This document shows, piece after piece, positions 47,548 through 61,289 of a stretch of DNA of 64,000 bases. The notes under the pieces are model-generated. The model saw only the letters and a list, made by a program, of their open reading frames with translations. It searched no databases and was not told the origin of the DNA. This stretch comes from Paragordius varius. Its lineage: Eukaryota; Animalia; Nematomorpha. Position numbers and translations under genes: made by a program. The number at the start of each line of letters is the position of its first letter. Position 1 is the stretch's first letter. The DNA is taken from the NCBI GenBank assembly GCA_964247055.1, contig OZ176055.1, positions 4,402,001 through 4,466,000 on the forward strand, written 5' to 3'.

Positions 47548-50500
47548 TTATTCACTGCGTAATGTGGATGTTTGGTAAAATAATAGATATGCATTTTTGG
47601 TGTCAATATTTGATGGGTCTACCTCTTCTACCCTAAAAAATTAAATAGTAAAATAAATTAAATTTAGAGTAAAAAATTCTTTACAATAAGTATTATAGGG
47701 GAAAGATACTGTAAAAGTTGAGTTATACAGACAAAACGTAAAAACTAAAAGACAAACACGTATTTAATTAAAAAGACAACCATATTTCTTAAACCATAAT
47801 TTTTTAAGATATGACTCATCGGTTTTGGGTTGCTAAATAAAGATTAGAGATGTAATTGGTTTACACTTATGTTGATTCAATATTTTAGTACTACATAATT
47901 TAAAAATTAAGGTTAAAAGCATAGATATCTTTTCAAAAAAATATGTGTCTTTCTGTATAATTTCATTTTTTACTATAACTATAAAGTGATAACTACTTGC
48001 TATCCTCAAACAAGTGCCATTTTCCCGTGACAGGATGTTTGCAGTAAGAAAAGTAATGTCCGGATGAAATACCACCAGTATGACAAGTGATACCATATAA
48101 GTTATATAATTTTTCGCTCCTCGCATCAGATGAGGATAAGTACTTTGATGGAAACGTGATTGAAGTGGAAGAACTATTTTCGGCTGAAAAAGCCGATAAA
48201 TCAAGCCCTTGAAATGGGAATTCAACTGGAGTTCTGACTTTCGTAAAACTTTCATAACCGTTCCTATTGACAGCTGCGAATCGTTTGATATCTAGATAAC
48301 AAAAGAGAAAATATAAAATATGTCCTTGTTATATGGTTATCTGCTATTTCTAAATCTCTTATTTTTATAAATATTAAAACATCCATATTTTTGTTTTTAG
48401 TAAGGTTACGATTTGTATTAAAACATAGACAGGTTTGTATTTCTAACCTGTATAACCGCTTATAAAGACCGTATATAATCAGTCAATAAATTATATAAAT
48501 ATTTGAAATTTAACCAATATCAATATTAATAATTTTTTAAAACCAAATGAGGTTAATGCATTTATATCCGGTCAGTCAATTCCAAACAAATAGTAATTTC
48601 AAGTTTTTTTGGAAAATTTTTAAAAAAAACAATGGAAAGCGATTTTAATTTATTATTAATTAAATATATTCGATTATGAAGTATTAAAAGTAAAGGCTTA
48701 CGAATTATAAGAATTTGTGGGTATCTCTGTATTTTGAATGATTTGGTGGCACTTTGTCGTTTTTCACATTTGCAACAATACTATATATCAAAAATACATA
48801 TTAATATAGGGTTATATTTAAAACCAGTCGATCGCGCTTTTGCGCAGTCATTTACGGCCATTAACTATTCACTAATTTTCCATTTTTTGCAGAGGGTTCA
48901 ATTTTGGAGTAGTTTAATACCCCAAGAGTTAATTTGTAAATAAACTAGAGTTTCGTTAGGTGTTTTGGTTAAAATTTGGTTATCAAATATCGTTTTCCTG
49001 GTTTTGATAAAAAAAAGCTTATAATTTTTAATTTTCTAACTTCCAGATTCCGAATCGGGATAACTTCAAAACACGATTGAAACAAGCAACTCATTTTAAA
49101 TTCAGTTATGAAAATTTTGATGGTAAAATACATATAAAAGCTTTCATTATTATTTATTTGCATTTTTACATATGATATACAATTATATGCCTGTTGTTGT
49201 GGCATTTTAAAAATCCAAAGAAAAACGGCCAAAATTTAAATCAATTTTTTAAAATTTTGCTATTTTAAAAAAATTATTTTTATACTAGTATTTAACATTA
49301 ATTTACAAAAAATCACATATTCACTTTGTCTATAATTATTGGAAATGAATATTAAAAAATGCTAAATTCATCGTGTAAATAAATAATATTTTGATATATA
49401 AACTAATTTTACACTCTTTTTTGTTGGAAAAATTACTAAATTACTATTTTTTGTCCTGTTCAAAATTAAATAGCAACCGGTGCTTCGTCATCTTCCAATC
49501 GTTCCTCCTTTATGAGTGTATTTAAACAATCATACAGATTGGGACATATTTGATCAGATGCAATGGAAAGTGACAAATTCCAAAATGGATCATAGGCTAA
49601 GCTTCGATGGCCGCAAACAGCACAGGTAAGTATGCTTTTGAGTTGACCTCCAAACAAATCTAACATTTTAATAATATTTAATTTTTATATAATTGTTTAA
49701 TTTCATATAATTTTTAACTATAATGATTCTATGATTTAATCTCTAATTAAAATTATTGTCGAATAAACTATAAAAAGAGTATTGTTAAATATTTTATAGA
49801 TACCTATGATAATATAATAAAAATCACAAAATTTTGCTATATAATATCTTTAATTGATTGAAAAATTGAATTTTTTCGACTTTACTTGCTTAAAATCATA
49901 TCATCAATTTTCTATTTTCATTAATAGACAATTTAACCCAAGTTTAACATTTTTTAAAGAAATTTAAGTTTATTTACCGACAATTTTACTCTTGTTGGTT
50001 TCTTGATAACGTTTCCAAGAAACATCTGCTGTCAATTCAACCGAACTTTCAATGCTCCTATATAAAAATACCATTAGTTTTTATCATAAAAAAGGTATAA
50101 TTTTAAATCAGGAGTCCCCATGCGGCCCTTCGATATTCTTTGTGCGGCCCACAAAAAATTTAGAAAAAACCAAATAAATACAAATTACATAATTTTCAAA
50201 AGGGTAATAACATTTTTAAACAAATTAAAATGTTAATGGGTCTTTAAAATTTTTGGCATAAAATTAGCAAAATCGGTGAAACAATAGTAGTTATATTGTG
50301 TTCGTTATTTTTGTACAGTAATATTAAAATCTATAATAATGCCCATATATTTTTCGAACTCGACCCGCCAGATTTTCTGAGCAGAACATGCGAGCCATTG
50401 TTGGGCATTTATATTTTAAGATCAATATTATTTAATAATAACTTTCGTTTGGAATAAAGTGTTTTCTTAGGAGCTTGATTTAAATCATCATGAAAACCAC

Positions 50501-53500
50501 TGAGAAGGTAGGCCAGAAATTCTTGGGCATCTTGTTGACTATATACGTATAAAATAATTGGAAAATTAACATAAACTACTATTAAGGCCGAGTCTTATAA
50601 ATTTTTACATCACATAAAATTTGTCGAAGTAACTCAACAAAAGTTACGTTCGCAGAAAAATTTATATAAAGCTAATTTATTTCCATTTATAAGTCAATAG
50701 GAAGTAAAAATAATTGTTGTATACACTGTAAACTTTCCAAATCAGCCCAACACTTGTTCCTAGAAAAATTAAAATCAAATTTCTTTGAAAATACCTTTTA
50801 TTAAACATTTTATCATTAAAAGGATACGAGACATATGAATATCAATCTAAAAAAATGAAAAATTTAGCAGGCAATACTTATATCCAGCAAAGCGAGGTGC
50901 GTAAGATTCTACTTTCCGTTTAATGTCGATTGGGCGAATACTCATACTTTGACTTAAGACTGGATCTTCGGATCCATCACAATCCCAAAGTTCAGAGATA
51001 ACTTTTGCGAACTCTATTTCAAAAAAATGTGTAATATAGTGATTATCAACTAAATGTTTATATATGAATAATATTAATTAAATAAAACAAATTTGCGCCT
51101 TTCACTCATAAAAATAGATTAGATTTTATATGGTTTTGATAAAATTATTAAAATATTTAACTGAAAAAATAGTAAATTAAATAAAAAATTTACCCTTAAT
51201 TATTTCGCCCTTTAAGGGACTTTTGCCATTTATATCGGTGAGGTATTCCTTGTTTTGTATGTAAGTGAGCAAAGGTTTCGTGTTGCTTAATACTTGAATG
51301 ATAGAATTCATAAAGCACTAAAAATTAACGACAAATATGTATGTATGCGTTGGAACATAGATATAAGACTTTAAATAAAATATAAAACAATGATTTCCGG
51401 AATAAAATTTTTAAAATTTAAACTGTATTTCCCAAATTGGCTAAGCCCCTAAGACCACCCCGACTGTTTTTATTAATTAGGCCCGGAGATTTTGGTTTGG
51501 AAGATAAAACATCCTCTATTTTCTTTGTTACGATCGGCTCAGTGACCAAAGATGGTTTTTGTAAGCTTAAAACTCCATTCATTTTCTAAGCACAAACATT
51601 TATATAAAAAACTAACATATTTCAAAAAATTGTAAAAATAATTTACAATTAATTACTTCATAATTAAGGCTGGTAGGATCACGTATTTTATTGATATCAA
51701 TCGGTTTATTAGTAAACCCGTTCTCAAGATTGTTTGAGGATGATTTATTGATATCAAAATTATACGATGGTAAATTATTTTCTGGTTTTATGGCGGGGCG
51801 TGTTTCAATAATTTTGGATTTGCTTTTGGTGTCATTTTGAGCGGGATCATTATCCAAATATTTAGATTTATAAGCCGCATATTTAGATTCAAAATCATCG
51901 TCTGCAAATGTTTGATCCGAATTTATATCTTTTGAGCCTTTTCTCGAAGCAGTTGTAGATTTATTCGCCGCGGAATTCAAATTTTCAATTTTTTTATTGT
52001 GGTCTTTGGAGTATGATCTACTTAAACGCAAAGTTTCTTGAATATTTTTTTCTAGCTCTTCAATATCTTTCATACGATCTCGGCCAGACTTGGCTTTCTT
52101 AACCGTTTCCCCTGTTGTGTTCTTTTCAGGAGAAGAATCTATAGAAAATTTTCTGATAGACTCCTTTTTTAAGGGGGGTATTAAAGGGTCATCATTGATC
52201 CGATGGTTTGAGTCTTGAAATGTTGTTAATACTGTCGTTTGTGTTGGTGCTGAGATCATAGGCGAAGAAGGTAGAGAATATTCATCGGTTGTATAATCAA
52301 AGGAGCCTTTGGGATAAGCCTTTCTTATGGTAGCCACTAATTCTTGGTTAGAAAGGCGTTTGGTAAAATCGGGTGAAAAAGACGACGGACTAACATCATC
52401 TACGTGACAGAAATAAAAGATTAAAAAAATTTAAAGTTCAAATAAAATTAATGCTATTAGCCAATAATGATGCTCCGTGATCCGTGCTGTATATGCTATC
52501 TGGCAATATTTAATAACAATGAATGTATATTTACTCATACTCTAAAATAGTTTATATAAGATTTTTGGTAACATTACAATAATCACTTAAAATAATACTT
52601 TCTTGTTCTTCTTGTATAGCAATAATAGGACCATAGGTAGCTTTTTTGGGTCTTTCCAATAATGTGGTAGGCTGGTCGTCATAAAAAGATTTGGAATATC
52701 GATTTTCAGATAAATTTGAGGTTTGAAAAGGAGAACGTTCAAATTTATGATAGCCATTTGTTTCACCATTTGTTTCATCAAAATTTTTGGGGGTGAGAGA
52801 AAAACGTCTCCCTTTTCTACTATTACTGGGATAATCGATTGAGTCAGTGTAAATATCATTTGTTGATATATTTATTTGACTAGAAGAATATTTGGGACTA
52901 GTCCTTTTGTATTGGTAACTAATATAATTTAAATCTATACTACAGTAAAAATTAAATTTATGCACCCAAAATTTCTGTAAAACAGCTGATTTTTATAATT
53001 AACCTTTGGATGTAAATAATAATCAAGAGTATATTTAGCAAATCAAACAAACGTTGTATATACAGTAAGAGTAAGTATATATTGCTAGAAAGTTATTAAT
53101 TATTGCCAAATGGTATGCAGCAAAGTAAATTACTATTGGCTAATAATGGTAAAAATGAAAAAATAATTATGAGCCAATAATACTGCCCTTTTTGTGTATG
53201 CTATTTGACAATAATTAATAACTTTCTAGCAATGTATACATACTCATACTGTATATTAATAGCGCTTAGTGTATTTGCACAAAGGCTTTAAATATTAGTG
53301 AACAGTTTAACAGAGGATTTTTAACAAATTGATTATTAAAATATGTATTAGCCCAAAGATATTAAATATTTTGGTCTTTTATGATGGATTTATAACTACC
53401 CTAAAGCAAAATATAAAACAAAAAGTATTCAATCATAATGACATATTAAAAGCTTAAATGGCAGTGATGCGATTCATTATTATATTGACCTTCATTACAA

Positions 53501-56500
53501 ATAGGCTTATAAACTATAGCGATATATATCGAACTACTGTAGGAGTAATTTTTACCGGTGAATGCATTCATTGCAGAGATTTTAAATATGAAATAATCAT
53601 ATAAAATTTTGAAATTAGATATCATTTTTAATTATTATTTAATAATAGAAATGTTAATTCGTAATTTCTAGTCTTGGCGGTCAGCCCGGTTATAAATAAT
53701 AGAAAAAACACAATATAAAGTCTATTTTCCTTGGCGTATTGTAAAGCTAATATTAATTTTGGAATTTAATTTTAAGCATAAAAACGCATGAAAACTCGTA
53801 TACCTAATATCATATTGTAAATTATCTTTTATAAAAGTAATATAAATATTTTTAAATTTATATACAAAGTAAACAAAATTAAAATAAAGCCAATAAATAA
53901 TTTATATGTCCAAAGAGCGCGACGTAAAAAATGGCTTTTATGAAATGTACTTTATAAGTCAACACACACATCTATATAAATTGGAAGCTTTCGCTTTTTC
54001 GTTAACGGTATAAAATAACAATTTCTTTGTTTCGTCTTGCTATTTCCAAGATCAATGCCAACAAATGGAAAGCGTGTTTTTAGCTGTTTTTTGAAAAATC
54101 GATAAAATAATTAAATAAATTATAAAATTAAACAATGTATGAATAATATTCATTAACTTTAAAAGTTTTTCATCATAATCTAATATTGTAAATCACATGC
54201 AAATATTTATCAATGTAATTTTGCAAAATATTTTTAACGATTTATTTATAATTATATTTATTATTAGCAGTTAAACTAAAATGAATTTAATTTAATTATG
54301 AACATATATAATCTAAGTATAACGTTTATATAATTTATGGGCACAAAAAACATGTGTCATTTTTAATAATTGGGTCAAAATCAGAGGCGTAGCTTGCATT
54401 TCTGGCGCCCAGTGCATAAATCCGTTATGGCGCTCCCCTCCCCTTCCACAGGCATTTTGAAAATATAATCAAATAAAAACTGTACTCAAAAAATGAGTGA
54501 TTTTTATATGTAATACCATAATAACCTTTAGAAAACGGTTGAAAGTGTCTCACGTAGATATAATTCCCAGTAATTAAGGGTCTCATAATCAAAGAGAGAA
54601 AGAAGAGAGCAAGATGAGGGGAGAGAAGGGCTTATTAAGATTAAGACAAAGTTTGTTCCTGAAAGACTGAAAAGTTCTATCAAGCCGCAGTGATCAATAG
54701 GTTTTTATTCTAAAGAGCGAACTTTGTCTTGATTATTTTTTTACAATCCGGTCCCCCTTTAAACTATGGTGTCCAGTGCATCAGCCCCCTTTACCCCCAT
54801 TAGCTACTACGCTTCTGGTCGAAATAGAAGTTATCAAAGAATAAAAATCGAAAGATATTTAAAAAAAATGTCTTTTCGTTTTTACATTTTGTCTTATTAA
54901 TTTTATTGTTAATGAAATAGCTCTCGCCCTACAAAAGAGTGGAGGAAAGGGTAGAGAAAACAGAAAATCGAAAAAGCATGAGCCCCCTCTCGTCCCACAA
55001 GCAGTACATGGCACGACATGACTTTAACACCATGTAGGCCTGAATGGCGCGGCGTGTCAAATAGACTATATACATTTACAGTTAAATTTAATACCCTCCA
55101 TATCTTACCTAAGATAACGCTTGATATGGGGGTCCGCGGACACCGGTTGGACTCCTCATATATACTTGATTAAAGAAAATATTTGGGACATATTACTTAA
55201 TCATGCTTATTTTGATATAAACTCAAGCCTGACTTTCTAGGTAAACATTTAATCGCTATTAAATATAAGATAATATCAAACAATAACATTTGCATTCTAT
55301 GGCTAAGGTTAAATATTTAAATTTGATAGCAGAGATTTACTCATTTTTAATATGTGGTCAAATTTGTATATTATTCCATTTGTTAGGATTGTCAAATTAC
55401 TGTTACTAACAAATCTGTTTCCTTGAATTGACAGACAATCAATGAAAAATTTTGTGAGATAAGGATTTTATATACCGAATTTGGATTATAAAAAAACCGC
55501 TTTAGTATCTGTACACCTTAACAAAATATTAGAAGATAAATACAAAATTAATAGTGGATGATTCATTTAAAATAATCCCCTTTTTATATACATACCTATC
55601 GTCAAAGCCATTTTGTTTTGAATGTTCCTTTAATATTTTGGAATCTTTTGTATTTGTATCTCTGAATGTTTCTTCCGAGGCATTGTTAAATGTTCTTCCA
55701 CCAAAATTATAATTGTGATTGGGTGAATTTAAATCTGAATAACTTATTGAATCGTTTTGCTCATTAAAATTGTCTATTGAATCAAGATATGCATTTATCT
55801 TAGCATCTATTCTCTTTAAAGCTCGAGGCGTTTTCACATCATTCTTGGAATCACTGTTAAATTTAGACCTTAGAGATTGATTTGTAAAATTATTTTTGTC
55901 ATTTTCTGTGAATATTGCATAATCTCTCCGCAAATTGTCTTGCGCTTCCTTGTGGTCCGATTCATGATATGATTCTGACATGTAATTTGGATATAAATGA
56001 ACATTTAGTTTGCTAGGAGAGGATCTAGAATCGCGCACAACGCTGCTAAATCGCTCTCTGATCCTAGGTGATTTTTCACAAATTATTTGACCACTTTTCG
56101 CGGGGTAAAGAGTTGCCAGGTAGCGTTTTTTCCTTTCAGCCAAGTTATTGTTTGATTGTGAATTAGCTAAAGGAACTTTGATATAAGTCCTTATTTTACC
56201 ACCATCTCCCGATTCCGGTATAAGTGATCTCGGATCATAATATGCCACACCCTTGACAGAATACACATTATAGGAATCCGCATTGTTTTCTTTTTTAACA
56301 TTTTGATTGTTGCTATTAAAATTATTATCAGGATGTTGATTTAAATTCTGAATTGAGGCATATCTTGAGGGTCCCTTTTTTCGTCTTTCAGTTGTCGCGG
56401 CATACGAAGGTTGATACAACCTGTATGCATAAAAATTATTTTTCCGATCTGAAGAACCGCGTGATCTATCAAACCCATAATTTTCAACAACTGGTTCTCT

Positions 56501-56530
56501 GAAATAAGGCGTTGGATAAGTGCTATACAT
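47548..56530 (-). CDS. USP2: Ubiquitin-specific protease, USP2/USP21 family, 12 exons
   Basis: Exons 56530-55596, 52918-52599, 52399-51657, 51585-51424, 51317-51194, 51013-50878, 50538-50443, 50057-49978, 49659-49478, 48780-48702, 48291-47997 and 47632-47548, all phase-compatible. Cys box GLANLGNTCFMNS, YAPRFAGYNQQDAQEFL, DLFGGQLKS with CxxC pairs, His box YNLYGITCHTGGISSGHYFSYCK, and AYLLFY. The choice of USP2 over USP21 is by recollection. Confidence 0.88.
50109..50412. mobile_element. hAT-Charlie-like MITE in a USP intron
   Basis: Starts CAGGAGTCCCCATGCGGCCC; similar along its length to 60993-61289. Confidence 0.55.
53063..53251. mobile_element. 189-bp foldback Tc1/mariner-type MITE in USP intron 1
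   Basis: TA|CAGTAAGAGTAAGTATATATTGCTAGAAAG...CTTTCTAGCAATGTATACATACTCATACTG|TA. Confidence 0.8.
54382..54817. mobile_element. hAT-like MITE, 436 bp, in USP intron 1
   Basis: Terminal repeats CAGAGGCGTAG / CTACGCTTCTG; 8-bp target duplication GTCAAAAT / GTCGAAAT. Confidence 0.8.
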
Positions 56531-58511
56531 GTGGTTTCTCAAAAAATTATAAAATAATGCACCAATTTAAGCTTTATCACATCGATTTATAATTAATTTT
56601 GGAATATAAAAATCTTATTACAATAATTAAAGTATAATCGAAGTCGTATTGCACCGTTTTTTTAGCGTAAGAATAGCTCACATAATGAATTTCAAATGAG
56701 AGATTAAAAGGCAAAAGGAAACAACAATAATGTTTTGTATAAATATTTTATTTATAGATAAATTTTTAATCATTATATTGGTTGGTTGGTAGTAGAAAAA
56801 AAAACAAAACATACCATTACAAAAGTATTTTTGTTACACTAAATAAAAAAATAAAATCAATATATAACATCAAATAATTAGTAATAGTAAGTAAGTAATA
56901 TCATTTATCCAATAGATAGAGCATACATTATAATATAAATATTGGTAAAAATTTTATAGCTGATTTCATAATTTTGTAAAGGAAACGTTGCTTTTGTTAC
57001 ATTATTTAATATTTTACATTAGTAAATTGTATGTTTTTTACATATGTTTCTGATCGTAAAAAATAGTCAAATATATATTGTTTTCCAACGCATCAGTTTA
57101 ATCCTTTTTCGCGAGTCTTTACGCAGCATTCAATGTTTAAATGAAGAGTTTTTTTTAATGCGCTGACCTTGAAAATTTCAATAAAATTGTAATTTTTTCA
57201 GGTATCAAAAAAATACCAGACAATTTAAATTAATGGCAATACATTAATTATTCACAATAAATTTAAAGAGATTGCATGCTTATATATCAATTAAAAGTTA
57301 AAAATCGCATCCATCTTTTATTTATGATAATTAGATGCCAAAACTAATTTAAATCGTATTTTGAATAAGCGTTGCCGGTTACAAATGTCATAACAATAAA
57401 AATCTTAACAAGGTATATTGCAATGAACAGTCGCATAACTTAAATCTGGTGGAAGATATTTAAAATATAAATTAAATTTAGCATTTAATTATTGAAATTT
57501 TACGATATGCTAAAAATGTGGGTGTTCTTTTAAATACAGTGAAAACAAAATATAAACATAATGTAATCATTTTCGTTTTGTTTTTTTTAATACAAGATTG
57601 AAAAGGACAAAAAATGATTAACTTGAATCATTATACCATTTTTAAATTTATCTAATGATGATCCTCAATCTTCATATTTTCGTTTTTTATACACGATTAC
57701 CTTTTGTTGACCTCTAGCCCAGAGCTAGTTAAGAGTTATTTTGACTTTTATAATTCCGAATTCGGATAGCTCTAAAACATGGAAGCAAATATCTGATATT
57801 AGAATCAATAAATATCAAAAATTTGTTAAATTATGACTTGGAAGCTTTCTACTTAGTTAATTAAAATCCAACCATAAATATATATGTATTGCCTATTACA
57901 AAACAAAATGGCGGCGAAAAAGTTTGAGAGTTTTTTTAATTTTATATTTTTTAAAAGTATGTTTTTTGAATCATGCAACTAAATGGCTAAAGAAAGCATA
58001 TTTTCAAATTTGGTTAAAGACCCCGGTGTATAAAACCACCCCAAAAAGTCATGAAGTCATTCAATTGAAAAAACCAAATTATTTTAATAATCAATTATCA
58101 CAACCATGCTGCAAACTCAAATGCAGTAGGTTTTTTTTACGAGAAATATTTTCATATATCTAAAAGGCCAGTTATCCCTAAATTTGGCTCAATGAATATT
58201 TTATATATATAAAAGCGCTCTGTAGCGGAAATATTACAGAGTTAGGAAGATATAAGAAAGACCTCTGTAAGAATTGTTTGTCATTTGAGTTTTACTCTTT
58301 ATATTTGTGATAAATGTTAACTTTATCGTTTTTCTGACTTAGACTGGCCGCTATAAATTAGGGTTTAAAAAAACGGTATATATTGTGTTTAATAAAGCAA
58401 CATTTGAAAAAACATCTATGCCTTGATTCATATCTCTGTAAAGTATAGTATATATACGCAGAGCGTATTAGACTTATCTCTGGTCAGCAGGGTGTATATA
58501 CTATTATTTTA

Positions 58512-58545
<34 letters not shown>

Positions 58546-58546
<1 letters not shown>

Positions 58547-59465
58547 TAGCGTAAATCTCGTGCTGCTACGCAGCCCGAAGTCCTTCGGACTTCTGGGGGG
58601 GCTATTTGAAATAAGGGACAATAAAATGATCCACATATGTGGATTATTTCGAAACATTATTTAATAGATATGATTTTATAGGAATTTTAAAACGGTGCAT
58701 TCATACTAATATATTGTTTAATTGGGGGAAAATAGATTTAAAAAATTATTTTTGTGAACTTTTTTTTTTGAAAAAATGGCATTTTACGGGGGGAGCGGGT
58801 AAAAAGAGGGCCTAAATTAAAAAAGGGCGAAGCTATTATCGGGGCATTCATTAATCATTATGTTTTTTCGATATTTGGATTTGATTGGGTTCACCGGTTT
58901 TCCGGAAACAGATCACAAAGTTACATGATGACTCAGTTTTTAGCGGGTAGCTCCTTACCCAGCAGCTATCATCAAAGAAACGCTTGACTAAAATTTTTGA
59001 CTTTTATCAGGGAATACATGAAATCCATATTGAATTTTTACGGTCTCATACCTAGGGCGAAAAAATAGTTTTAAAAATTATTTTTGTGGACTTTGTTTTT
59101 TGAAAAAAATGTCATTTTACGGGGGGAGCGGGTAAAAAGAGGGTCTAAATTAAAAAAGCGAGACGACTATGTTCGGCGCAATCGAAAATAAGTAAACAAA
59201 AATCATATTTGAAATTGAATGGTCCAACACGTTCTCCAGAAAATTATCTCAAAGACACGATTTTTGTGGACTTATGTTTTTAAAAAAAACGCGTTTTTTA
59301 CACGAGGTGGGCCCGAACTGGGGGCTTATTTCAAAAAAGGGCGAAGCTATTGTCGGGGCATTCATTAATGATTATATTTTTTCAATATTTGGATTTGAAT
59401 GGGTCTACCGGTTTTCCTGTACCAGATCACAAAGCCAGCATTTTCCATTTTTATAAATATATAGA
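58546..59465 (-). mobile_element. Non-autonomous Helitron, copy C, with an internal duplication
   Basis: Same termini. 58740-58920 is repeated at about 59080-59420; adjacent to an (AT)n tract. Confidence 0.75.
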
Positions 59466-59699
59466 TATATGTATGCAGGCAGGGTGGCTTATTAATATAA
59501 GGTGGAAACAGGCACACAGGATCAGTATGATTTACTGACAAAAATAAAAAGTCTATTATATCATTAAAAATGTTCATGCTAATTAAATCATTTCTCCCAG
59601 AACGTGTTACGACATTTTGATAGTGGCCATTTATTTATGTTCGCGCAAGCGTAACCGAGGCTTGTTACTTGCCATTGTGTTTAGCGTCGCTTTTTAATT

Positions 59700-60897
59700 A
59701 GCATTGGCAATGAATTGCTCCCCAAAACCTTATCTTTAAAGGGATTGTCAAAGTATAGGCGTATCAGATTGCAACCATATTCTTCTTTTAAGTAGGGAAC
59801 GGATATTATAGCCCCGAATAAAGGTGTAATAAATATTTTTAAATTGACAAACTTAATTAAGAACTGCACATGTGCTTTGTCGATTTTTCCAAAGCATTTG
59901 ATTTCATCCAACACAATAAACTTCGAACATACCTAAAACAACTTGGAGTATCAAACCATCTAATCAACGTCATATTCTCAATTTACTTAAATTCCAAGGC
60001 TGTAGTATCTACCACGGTATAACTGATTCAGGTAAGGTGCAAGTCGGCCTACGTACGCCAAGTATACGTTTTATCCCCACTTCTTTAACAGGTACCTCGA
60101 ATGCATAATAAGAAACATCCTATAAACTTATGGCCTAAAAGTAGGTGGAAACCTACTTACATCCGTTCTTTACGCGAATGACACGGTCTTATTCGCAGAC
60201 AGTGTAGACACATTATCGTAAGCTTTGCAAGTGTTTACAACTGCAATAGATTCGGATTAAATATCAACTTTAAAAAAAAACAAAGGCAAATCAACCCGGC
60301 TCAAACAACTAATTCAATAATCCTCAACGGTAATTAGATTGTAACGGTAAACAGTTGCATGTATTTGGCTAGGGCAGTATTATAAACAATGAAAACAACT
60401 ATCCAGAAATAAAACGAGGAATTGCCATTGCAAAAGCAGTCACAATCAAATATAACAAGATTTGGACGTCACATGACATCAAACTAAAAACCAAAATTAG
60501 ATTAATCAAGGCAACAGTTTTCTCCACATTCCTATATGGAGGGAAAGCTGGACACTGAAAAAATATGACGAACGACACTCGAATTATCGGTTTGGAGGAA
60601 TAAGGTCACTATTTTAAATAGAATTAATCAGGAAATGTCACTACTAGGCAGCCTAATACGAAAACTATCCTTTTTTGCCACATTATGAGATCTAACTCAC
60701 TTGAAAAGTCACTGATGCTGGGAAAAGTGAATGATGGTGCTCGTAAAAGAGGAAGAAGAAGAACTCGTTGAATGGATAACATCCTTAAAGAAACCAACCA
60801 ATCACCATCCGAACTAAACGCTAGATCCGATATTCGCAATGAGTGGAGAAGTTATATTTTCAATATTGCAGTTAGTCTGAATCGACCTTAGCGACAA
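59700..60897 (+). mobile_element. Degenerate 5'-truncated RTE LINE, family 2
   Basis: ELHMCFVDFSKAFD, a LYANDT (YADD-like) motif, FLYG-ESWT, and a C-terminus like 32968-33232; many stops and frameshifts. Confidence 0.85.
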
Positions 60898-60992
60898 CAA
60901 ATATTATAACTCAAATATTTAAAAATTTTAATCATTCACACATGTATTTTTTTCTTAGATATAATAATCGAACCCTTTGTTTTAGTTTAAAT

Positions 60993-61289
60993 CAGTGGTC
61001 CAATACGTGGCCTTTCATAATATTTTGTGCGACCAAATAATTAAGTGATTCAATGATTTTTGAAAATATGCCACAAATATTAGTGTAATTGATATTTTTT
61101 AAACAAATTTCAAAATAAGCGTTTCTCAATTTTGGCAATAAAATAGCAAAAATTGGTGAAAATAGTATATATTTATTTTAATCCAATTTTTTTACCGCCA
61201 ATAAAATTTTAATTATGGCATATTCAAATGGGACCCGCCGGTTTTTTTGAGTCGGTGGCCCGTAAATCCAATTGTGTTGGGCATCTCTG
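60993..61289. mobile_element. hAT-Charlie-like MITE
   Basis: CAGTGGTCC...GGGCATCTCTG ends; flanks GTTTAAAT / CTCTAAAA resemble the Charlie NTCTARAN target. Confidence 0.55.

Noticed and set aside
49456-49477. 22-nt GT..CAG micro-intron in the USP gene
   Set aside because: Splicing there leads to a stop after three codons, and the conserved next exon is at 48780.
34010-59577. Short ORFs in the track at 34010-34528, 40844-41629 and 59274-59577
   Set aside because: They fall within Helitron copies and are not conserved as frames between copies.
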